Assembly (NCBI GenBank): GCA_039028615.1 | Contig: JBCCHT010000025.1 | Coordinates: 143,948 to 207,947 of the forward strand | Direction of reading: 5' to 3' | DNA length: 64,000 bases | From: Myxococcota bacterium | Lineage (GTDB): Bacteria; Myxococcota_A; Polyangia; Nannocystales; Nannocystaceae | Part shown: positions 18,471 through 26,204 of the stretch, one piece after another | Layout of the letters: every line of letters begins with the position of its first letter | How positions within the stretch are numbered: position 1 is the stretch's first letter | Translations under genes and position numbers: made by a program | The notes under the pieces: model-generated | The model's input: the letters and a program-made list of their open reading frames with translations, nothing else | Database searches by the model: none | Told to the model about the DNA's origin: nothing

Positions 18471-19343
18471 TTAGTACAGATGCACGCAGGCGCCGTCGTC
18501 GGTGCATCCCATGTCGCCAGGGCACTCGTCGTCGAAGGTGCACAGCAGCACACACCCGATCTGCTCGGCTCCGATCTCGAAGCCGCACACGGGTATCGCC
18601 GCCCCCGAGGGCGGCGGCGGGCACAGTGACGAGTCCGCACCGAACGGAGTGTTGCAGTCGGTGTGCACGCAGACCTCGAAGGTGCCCTGAAAGTCGGTGT
18701 AGCAGCTGCCGTCGCAGGTCTCGTCACAGAGGCCGTAGGCGCGGTTGCTCAGGCAGACCTGGAACTCGGTGTTGCAGACCATCCCCGTGGGACACGGGTT
18801 GCCGCCCGAGCAATCGATGGAGCAGCCCTCGCCCTCGTCGCAGAACAAGGTGAAGACGTCGTTGCCGGGGATCTGGCAATCGCAATCGTCGGTGCAGCCC
18901 GCCTGCACGCAGATCTCCTGAGGGAAAGACACGGGGCCCATCTCCGCCTCCTGAATGCAAGACATGTTGTCGGCGGGCAGACACTGCGGGTCATCGCAGC
19001 TGGGCACGAAGGGCGGGCCGTCGGGCGGCACGCAGCCCACGGAATCCGAGGACTCGCCGATGCCCGTCTCTTCCACGCCCGCGCTCTCGTCCGCCGTGAC
19101 CCCGTCGTCGGTCGAGGGCGGCGTGGTGGTCGTCCCCTCGCCATTGCCCGTGGTCGAGTTCCCGCTGGTGTTCGGGTTGGTGGTGGTCGATGGCGTCGGA
19201 CCGGAGGTACTGACCGCCGACGTCCCCGAGGTGGCGCCCGTGTCCCCGGAGGCAGCGACGGCGCCGCTTTCGTACGCGGGGTTGAGCCGCTGACATGCGA
19301 CCAGCGTCAGTCCGCAGAGCAGGACGAGAAGCGGCGACTTCAC
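18471..19343 (-). CDS. Cys-rich lipoprotein
   Basis: LVAC lipobox, Thr/Ser linker, many Cys in repeated CxxDxxC modules. Confidence 0.7.
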   Translation of the reverse strand: MKSPLLVLLCGLTLVACQRLNPAYESGAVAASGDTGATSGTSAVSTSGPTPSTTTNPNTSGNSTTGNGEGTTTTPPSTDDGVTADESAGVEETGIGESSDSVGCVPPDGPPFVPSCDDPQCLPADNMSCIQEAEMGPVSFPQEICVQAGCTDDCDCQIPGNDVFTLFCDEGEGCSIDCSGGNPCPTGMVCNTEFQVCLSNRAYGLCDETCDGSCYTDFQGTFEVCVHTDCNTPFGADSSLCPPPPSGAAIPVCGFEIGAEQIGCVLLCTFDDECPGDMGCTDDGACVHLY

Positions 19344-19515
19344 GATGAAAACCTCGCGGGTAGACAAGCCATGCAAACGATGCCTCTACGATACATCGGC
19401 ATTGCACGCATGGGGACGAGTTCGAGGGCGTCCTGCGGTGGCTCGGCGAACGAGGCTCGAGCCCCGTGTCGTACACCAGGGCCGTTCGCGGCACGACATG
19501 TGCGATGATGGGTTC

Positions 19516-19746
19516 ATGGCGCGTACGTGGGGATGGATGGCATTGACGATGGCGCTGGGGTGCGGCCCCACGATCAGCGTCACCACCGAGGGCTCCGGGT
19601 CGGCCTCGACAGACGCCCCGTCGACGCGCGGGTCGCCCGGGCGGTGGCACGTGCTCCCATGGGCCTCGAGCACGTGGGCATCTGCGTGGACTGACCTCCC
19701 GATTCGATTAACAATGCGTCCGTGCCGGACTACGACGTCTGTGTGA
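19516..19746 (+). pseudogene. Possible truncated lipoprotein remnant
   Basis: MARTWGWMALTMALGCGPTISVTTEGSGS looks like a lipoprotein N-terminus, then degenerates and overlaps the next gene start. Confidence 0.3.
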
Positions 19747-21209
19747 TTGGCGCAGGGCCCGCGGGCTTTGCCGCGGCGATGCGTCTTTGGGACTTCGGGA
19801 AGCGCGTCTGCTTGATCGAGCGCAGTCGGGTGGGCGGCGCAGGGGTGCACAACGGAGCCCTGTCTTCGAAGACGCTGTGGGAGCTTTCGTGCGACTACCG
19901 TCGGGCTCGACGACGCGACCGCGGCTACGTGGCCACCGACCTGCAGGTGCACTTCGAGGCGGTCATGCAGGTCGTGGAAGAGGCGACCGGCACCAAAGAA
20001 GAGCAGATCCAACGGCAGCTTCGCGAGCTCGCCAAGCCGCGCCCCGACGCGCCGGGCTCGATCACCTCGGTGCGCGGCACCGCGAAGTTCCTCGACCCGC
20101 ACACGGTGGAGGTCGAGGGCAGGACCACGGGGGACAGCCGCCGCATCACCGCGGACCACTTCATCATCGCCACCGGTTCGCACCCGCGGGCGCTGCCCGA
20201 CGTGGAGATCGATGGCCGCCGCATCATCACCTCCGATCACATCGGCCGCCTCCAGGGCTTCCCGCGGAGCCTGGTCATCCTGGGCGCGGGCGTGGTGGGC
20301 TGCGAGTTCGCCACCGTCTTCGCCAACTTCGGCCAGACCAAGGTCTACCTCATCGATCGGGCGGAGCGGATCCTGCCCTTCGAAGACGTCGACGTCTCCC
20401 GCGTCTGTGCCACCAACCTCGAGGCCAAGGGCGTCACCGTGCACCACCGCGCCCGGCTGTGCTCGATGCGGGCGGTGGGCGACGAGGTCGAGTACACCAT
20501 CGAGCACCCCACGGGCGGGCGCGAGACCATCCGAGTCGACAACGCGCTGATCTCCATCGGCCGGGTGCCCAACACCCAAAACCTGGGTCTCGAGGAGATC
20601 GGCGTGAAGCTGAGCGAGCGGGGACACATCGATGTCGACGACACCCGCAGCTCGCTGCCCCACATCCATGCGGTGGGGGACGTGACCCTCGACGTGGCCC
20701 TCGTGAGCGTGGGGGAGATCGAGGGGCGGCACGCGGCGGAGATCATCACCGGGCACCGCACCGCTCCGCTCGCGTACGACAACCTGTCCACCATCATGTT
20801 CCTCGACCCGGAGGTCGCCGCGATCGGCCTCAACGAGCAAGAGGCGCAGAAGCAGCGCATTCCGTATCGGGTGGCGGTGTACGGCTACAGCCTCGTCAAC
20901 CGGCCGATCGCGATGCGGGCCACCGAGGGCTTCGTCAAGCTGCTCACCACGGACGACGACGAGCTGCGGATCTTGGGCATGCGCGCGCTGGGAGTGCACT
21001 CGTCGACCATGCTCGAGGCGATCTCGCTGATGATCCAGCACAGTCGCTCGGCCAAGGACCTCGCGGAGCTGCTGCACCCGCACCCCGCCGTGACGGAGGG
21101 GCTGCAAGACTGCGTACGCATGCTGATGGGGACGTCGATCTACAAGCCCTCGGTGTTCAAGTCGGAGCTACGGCTGTCGCGGATCGGCTACGACGACGCC
21201 CCCGAGTAG
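19722..21209 (+). CDS. Class I pyridine nucleotide-disulfide oxidoreductase family protein (Lpd/SthA-like) lacking the redox cysteines
   Basis: GAGPAG, IATGS, GAGVVGCE, AVGD, HPHPAVTE; active-site segment reads GGAGVHNGALSSK. Confidence 0.85.
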   Translation: MPDYDVCVIGAGPAGFAAAMRLWDFGKRVCLIERSRVGGAGVHNGALSSKTLWELSCDYRRARRRDRGYVATDLQVHFEAVMQVVEEATGTKEEQIQRQLRELAKPRPDAPGSITSVRGTAKFLDPHTVEVEGRTTGDSRRITADHFIIATGSHPRALPDVEIDGRRIITSDHIGRLQGFPRSLVILGAGVVGCEFATVFANFGQTKVYLIDRAERILPFEDVDVSRVCATNLEAKGVTVHHRARLCSMRAVGDEVEYTIEHPTGGRETIRVDNALISIGRVPNTQNLGLEEIGVKLSERGHIDVDDTRSSLPHIHAVGDVTLDVALVSVGEIEGRHAAEIITGHRTAPLAYDNLSTIMFLDPEVAAIGLNEQEAQKQRIPYRVAVYGYSLVNRPIAMRATEGFVKLLTTDDDELRILGMRALGVHSSTMLEAISLMIQHSRSAKDLAELLHPHPAVTEGLQDCVRMLMGTSIYKPSVFKSELRLSRIGYDDAPE

Positions 21210-21290
21210 CCGGCTCGTCGCCAGCCCTCCAAGGTTTACCCGACAGTACTTTTTTCGGAACGGTTCGGGCACGCGGGAAACAACCAGCGC

Positions 21291-23084
21291 GTGTCCGCCA
21301 CCGCTCGCTCGCTTCCCGGTTCATCGCTTCTCGAGCTCGGGGTTCGCCGCATCCGAGGGCTGGCGAGCGCATTCGACTTCGGGGTGCCCACCGCCCGGCT
21401 CGAGCAACGTTTCGCCGATGCGATTGGACCCGAGGGTCGTCGCGCGCTCGGTCCCCGGCCGCGGTGGAGCTCCGACATCACCGACGACGGCACGCCGTTC
21501 GAATTCTCGGTGGCCTTCACTCCGCATGGGGCACCGACGCTGCGCCTGCTCTTCGAGGCGCAAGAGCCCGAGACCGCGGACACCCCCGCTCGACGCTGGT
21601 CGGCGGCCTGGCGCACCACCGAGCGCCTGGCCGCGCTCGGGCACGTCGACCTTCAGCGTCTTCATGCCATCGCTCCATGGTTCGAGCCCACCCGAGACTC
21701 CAGCGCCGACTTCGTCCTGTGGCATGCGCTCGATCTCAGCCAGCCCGAAGGCGAAGACGCGACCCTCAAGGTGTATCTCAACCCACGCGTGCACGGAGAT
21801 GCGGGGGCGCCCGCCCTCGTGGAGCGGGCGCTCGTTCGGCTCGGCCATGCCGACGCGTGGGCCGACCTGGTCGCTCGCCTCGCGAGGCACGGCGAGCATC
21901 GTTTCCAGTACCTGTCCCTCGATCTCGGCGCGAACGAGTCGGCGCGCACCAAGATCTACGTCGCCCACCACGGGGTGTCGGCCGATCGCCTCGAGCGAGT
22001 CTTCGAAGGGAGTGAAGGCTACGGGGCGGGCGATGCCACGCGGTGGTGCCGGTCGGTCCTCGGGGGGCCCGGTCCCTACGAGCGACGCCCCGTGCTGTCG
22101 TGTTTCGCCTTCTCCCGCCGCACACCCGCTCCCGTCGGTACGCTTCACCTGCCCGTGCGCTGCTACGCCGAGGACGACGCCGCCAGTGCGCGCCGCATCC
22201 TCGCTCACCTGCCCGCGGCCGCAGCCACGCACTATCTCGATGCAGTGGAGGCGTTCTCCGCTCGCCCCCTCGGGGCAGGCCAAGGGCTCCAGACCTACGC
22301 CTCGTTTCGCCGGGAGCGCTCGGCACAGAGACTGACCGTGTACCTCGCCCCCGAAGGCTACGCGGTGCCCCGATCGGAGACACCGACCACGCTCGCCTCC
22401 ATCGATCGCGTGGTCCTGGGGCACGCCAAGCGGCTGGCCACCACCCCCTTTTGCCGAAGGCTCGAAGGCCCCGCCTCGCTCCACGACTTCCGCCGCTTCT
22501 CCCGGGGCCTGAGCTTCTACGTCATGGCGTTTCAAGACATGCTGCGCTTGTGCACCGAGCGGGTGACCGAGCCTCGCCTCGAGCGCATCGCCGCGACGCA
22601 CCAGCGAGAGGACGCGGGACACGAGCAGTGGTTCGTGCACGACCTGCGCCACGTCGGTGAAGAACCCGACCTATCGTGGCTCTTCGGTCCCGAGCACCAG
22701 CCGATTCGAGACATCACCTACGGGATGCTCTCCGAGCTACACCGCACCTGCGACGACCGAGTCCGGCTCGCAGTGGTACTGGCGCTCGAGGGTGCGGGCC
22801 ACGTCTTCTTCAGCCGCGTCGTGAACTACACCGAGCGCATGGACGCGGACCTTCCGCTCCGGTACTTCGCGCGACACCACCTGGAGGTGGAACGAGCCCA
22901 CGAGGTGTTCTCCGACGACGGCGAGGTGAGCCTGGAGGACATCACGCTCGAGCCGGAGGCATTCGCGGAGGCCGTGGCCATGGTCTCGCGGATCTTCGAC
23001 GGCTTCACGCGCATGGCGGCCGACCTCGAAGCCGGGCTCTCGGTCCGCCCCGACGCCGTGCTCGCCGAGGGGAGGCCCCAATGA
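21291..23084 (+). CDS. Tryptophan dimethylallyltransferase (DMATS/ABBA family) fused to a heme-oxygenase-like diiron (AetD-like) domain
   Basis: N-part: DDGTPFEFS, LKVYLNP, YLSLDL, RTKIYV, LTVYLAP; C-part from about 22390: HQREDAGHEQWF, LALEGAG, YFARHHLEVERAH. Confidence 0.8.
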   Translation: MSATARSLPGSSLLELGVRRIRGLASAFDFGVPTARLEQRFADAIGPEGRRALGPRPRWSSDITDDGTPFEFSVAFTPHGAPTLRLLFEAQEPETADTPARRWSAAWRTTERLAALGHVDLQRLHAIAPWFEPTRDSSADFVLWHALDLSQPEGEDATLKVYLNPRVHGDAGAPALVERALVRLGHADAWADLVARLARHGEHRFQYLSLDLGANESARTKIYVAHHGVSADRLERVFEGSEGYGAGDATRWCRSVLGGPGPYERRPVLSCFAFSRRTPAPVGTLHLPVRCYAEDDAASARRILAHLPAAAATHYLDAVEAFSARPLGAGQGLQTYASFRRERSAQRLTVYLAPEGYAVPRSETPTTLASIDRVVLGHAKRLATTPFCRRLEGPASLHDFRRFSRGLSFYVMAFQDMLRLCTERVTEPRLERIAATHQREDAGHEQWFVHDLRHVGEEPDLSWLFGPEHQPIRDITYGMLSELHRTCDDRVRLAVVLALEGAGHVFFSRVVNYTERMDADLPLRYFARHHLEVERAHEVFSDDGEVSLEDITLEPEAFAEAVAMVSRIFDGFTRMAADLEAGLSVRPDAVLAEGRPQ

Positions 23085-24436
23085 GCGAGCCCGAGGTGCA
23101 CCGCGACGAAGCCACACGCTCGAGCCATGCGCGGGACTTCGGCGGCATCGTGACCGCGACGCCGGCCGGGGTCGCGCGGCCCGAGACGATCGACGACGTC
23201 CTCACCCTCATGAAGTGGGCACTGGCTCGAGGGTTGACGGTGACGCCGCGCGGCGGCGGTCAGAGCCAGAGCGGGCAGTCGCTGTCCGAGGGCGGCATCG
23301 TCATGGCGATGGAAGGCATGCGTCGGCTCGAGGTCGACCTCGTCCGGGGCCGAGCGCGATGCGGGCCGGGCGTGCGCCTACGAGAGCTGCTCGCCTACTG
23401 CACCCCCGCCGGGTGGAGTCCCCCGGTCGTACCGCTCAACCTCGATCTCACCGTGGGCGGCGTGCTCAGTGCGGGCGGCGTGGGCTCGTCGAGCCATGGC
23501 TGCGGACCCGCGATCGAGCACATCGAGTCGGTGGTCGTGGTCACGGGCGAAGGCGAACGCGTCGAAGCGACACCGCAGCACAACCGAGCGCTCTTCGACG
23601 CGGTGCTCGGGGGTGCAGGACGCTGCGCGGTGCTGTGCGAGGCCACCTTCATCCTCCGCCGCGCGCAGCCATCCGTGCGGACCTACAGCCTGCTCTTTGC
23701 CGACTTCGCCGAGGCCCTCGAAGCACAACGACGACTGACCGAAGCCAGGTGCACCCATCTCGAGGGTTTCGCCACTTCGGCGATGATGGGCACACGAACG
23801 ACACCCGGCGGCTCGCGACGGGCCTTTGCCCGGTGGTTTCACGGGATTCATGTGAGTTTCGAATACGCGGGGTCTTCCGCGCCCGAGCTGCCCGCCGAGC
23901 TGCCGGGGTCACCCGAGGTCGTGGCCACCGACGATGACGATCTGCTCGGGCACGCCGCCCGCTACGACCTCCGATTCCAGGCCATGCGCGCCACCGGGGC
24001 CGACCGCCAGCTCCACCCGTGGTTCGAGGCGCTCATCCCCTTGGAGGCCGCAACGGCACTGATTCCCGAACTGCTGCAGTCACAGCCACCGTGGCTCGGC
24101 GATGGGCACCGCGAGACGCTCTTCGCGGATCGCCGCACCCGCCCCTTTTTCGCCACGCCCGGCGGACCTGCGATCGCGTTCACCATCCTACCCCTGGGCG
24201 TCCCCGAGGCGCTGCGTGAACCGACGCTGCAGTGGCTCACCGCGCTAGACCGACGCGTCCACGAACTCGGCGGCAAGCGTTACCTCTCCGGTTGGCTGCC
24301 CGACCGCAGCCCCCCCCGATGGCGCGCCCACTTCGGCGAGTCCTTCGATTCGTGGCAGGCGTGCAAGCGACGGTTCGACCCCCGCGGGTGTCTGTCGTCG
24401 CGCATGTTCGCCGCCCTCGATGCCGAGCCAGAGTGA
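23081..24436 (+). CDS. FAD-linked oxidoreductase (VAO/PCMH fold, cytokinin-dehydrogenase-like)
   Basis: RDFGGIV, RGGGQSQSGQ, LTVGGVLSAGG, LFDAVLGG, HPWF, KRRFDP; ATGA overlap and GGAGG at 23071. Confidence 0.85.
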   Translation: MSEPEVHRDEATRSSHARDFGGIVTATPAGVARPETIDDVLTLMKWALARGLTVTPRGGGQSQSGQSLSEGGIVMAMEGMRRLEVDLVRGRARCGPGVRLRELLAYCTPAGWSPPVVPLNLDLTVGGVLSAGGVGSSSHGCGPAIEHIESVVVVTGEGERVEATPQHNRALFDAVLGGAGRCAVLCEATFILRRAQPSVRTYSLLFADFAEALEAQRRLTEARCTHLEGFATSAMMGTRTTPGGSRRAFARWFHGIHVSFEYAGSSAPELPAELPGSPEVVATDDDDLLGHAARYDLRFQAMRATGADRQLHPWFEALIPLEAATALIPELLQSQPPWLGDGHRETLFADRRTRPFFATPGGPAIAFTILPLGVPEALREPTLQWLTALDRRVHELGGKRYLSGWLPDRSPPRWRAHFGESFDSWQACKRRFDPRGCLSSRMFAALDAEPE

Positions 24437-24530
24437 CACCGACATCGCGGTGCCCCCCGCGCCGTGGCGAAGACCACCGCGCAGTTCGAAACTACGTAAC
24501 ACCTCGCCCGAGATGCGGTATGCACCCAGC

Positions 24531-25133
24531 ATGCGAACGCTCCCGCTCCTCGTCGTGATGGCTCTCGCCGCGTGCAACAGCAACGCCCCCGCCGCCAGCA
24601 ACGCCAAGGACGAGTCGGCCAAGGCCAAACCCGCGGAGCCCAAGGGGCCCGTGCTCGACCAGACCGTCAAGATGCTCGACGGCTCGGACAAGAAGCTCTC
24701 CGACTACCGCGGCAAGGCCCTGCTGGTGGTCAATACGGCCTCCGAGTGCGGCTACACCCCGCAGTACGCCGGGATGCAGAAGCTCTACGGCGAGTACAAG
24801 GATCGCGGGCTCGAGGTCTTGGCGTTCCCGTCGAACGACTTCGGCGCTCAAGAGCCCGGCACGCCGGAGCAGATCCGCGAGTTCGTCGACGACAACTACT
24901 CGGTGGAGTTCGCCATGTTCGACAAGGTGAGCACCAAGGGGCCCGATCAGTCGCCCGTCTATCAGATGCTCACCGAGCAGACGGGCGAAGGCCTCACGGG
25001 CGAGATCGAGTGGAACTTCACCAAGTTCATCGTCGACCCCGAAGGCCGCGTCGTGGCTCGCTTCGGCTCGAAGGTGGAGCCCAACGATCCGAAGCTGATC
25101 GAGGCGCTCGAGAAGGTGCTCCCGAGCGCCTGA
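24531..25133 (+). CDS. Glutathione peroxidase family lipoprotein
   Basis: LAAC lipobox; VNTASECGYTPQY, FPSNDFGAQE, WNFTKF. Confidence 0.92.
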   Translation: MRTLPLLVVMALAACNSNAPAASNAKDESAKAKPAEPKGPVLDQTVKMLDGSDKKLSDYRGKALLVVNTASECGYTPQYAGMQKLYGEYKDRGLEVLAFPSNDFGAQEPGTPEQIREFVDDNYSVEFAMFDKVSTKGPDQSPVYQMLTEQTGEGLTGEIEWNFTKFIVDPEGRVVARFGSKVEPNDPKLIEALEKVLPSA

Positions 25134-25149
25134 GCTCCCCCATCGGCGC

Positions 25150-26136
25150 TCACTCGGCTTCGGCGTCGACGGCCGCGTCGGCGTGCGCCCGCAAGATCGC
25201 AGCCTCGTCGGCGGATAGCGAGTCGGGCCACCACGTGTTGTCGGCGACCGGCTCGTCGAGCAGCACGCGGGTGAACACGGCGGTGGCGAGGTAGGAACCG
25301 GCCACGTTGCGGTGACTGCCATCGCCCGAGTGCAAGACGATCTCCGGGTTCATCGCCAGCGAGCGCTCCCACGCCTGCCCCACCGGGGCCAGCGTGCCGC
25401 CGACATCGACGGCGACCCCGTCGTAGGCCTCGTGCAGCAGCGCCTGCATGCCGGCCGGGCCCCCGCCCGACCACGGCTCGTCGTAGATCTCGTGCCCCGC
25501 GATGCGAGCCCAGGTCTCGAACATCACGGGCTCGGCCCCCGCCCCTTGGGCCAGCATCGACAGATCGACCGCCGCATTGTGGAAGGTGTTGGGCTGAACG
25601 AGCGGCTCGTAGCTCTGCCCCTGGATGATGACGAAATCCCAGGTCTCGTTCATCAGCGAGTCTTGCACGTCGGGCCGGGCGAACAGATCGGCCACGGTCG
25701 CTCCGCCCTGAGTGACGGCGGCGATGAAGAAGTCGCGCCCCGCCGCCGTGGTCATCTGCAGGACCATGGAGGACATGCCGTTACCTGCGGTGTAGCTGTT
25801 GCCCAGCATCAAGACGCGCCCGTCGGTGCCGGGGCCTTCGGTCTCCTCGGGCGTGCCCGTCGAGTCCTCGCCGATGGAGGTCGCGCTGGTCTCGACGCTG
25901 CCGGTCGACCCCGAGGTGCTGCCCGCGGTGCTCGTGCTGCCCGCGGTGCTGGTCGTGCCCGGAGACGGGTCGGTGGTGACGCTGGCCCCCTCCCCGCCCG
26001 TCGTGACCGCGTCCCCCGTGCTGGTCGAGGCGGCGTCGGCGTGAATGTTCCCGTCGTCGCCACACCCCGGACTGCCCAGGGCAACCGCGACGAGTAGAGC
26101 GACAGGAACGGAGGCGAGGCGAACGAATGCAGACAT
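25150..26136 (-). CDS. SGNH/GDSL hydrolase family lipoprotein
   Basis: SPGC lipobox-like site; LMLGNSYT, WDFVIIQ, DGSH. Confidence 0.75.
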   Translation of the reverse strand: MSAFVRLASVPVALLVAVALGSPGCGDDGNIHADAASTSTGDAVTTGGEGASVTTDPSPGTTSTAGSTSTAGSTSGSTGSVETSATSIGEDSTGTPEETEGPGTDGRVLMLGNSYTAGNGMSSMVLQMTTAAGRDFFIAAVTQGGATVADLFARPDVQDSLMNETWDFVIIQGQSYEPLVQPNTFHNAAVDLSMLAQGAGAEPVMFETWARIAGHEIYDEPWSGGGPAGMQALLHEAYDGVAVDVGGTLAPVGQAWERSLAMNPEIVLHSGDGSHRNVAGSYLATAVFTRVLLDEPVADNTWWPDSLSADEAAILRAHADAAVDAEAE

Positions 26137-26204
26137 GACCAAGCTTTTGCGTAAGAAACAACGAACGCGACGAGCATCGCATAGCCGCGTCCGCTCGCCC
26201 ACGC

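Noticed and set aside
22676..23080. N-terminal extension of the FAD oxidase ORF
   Set aside because: Overlaps the diiron domain out of frame; GGAGG and the ATGA overlap support the start at 23081
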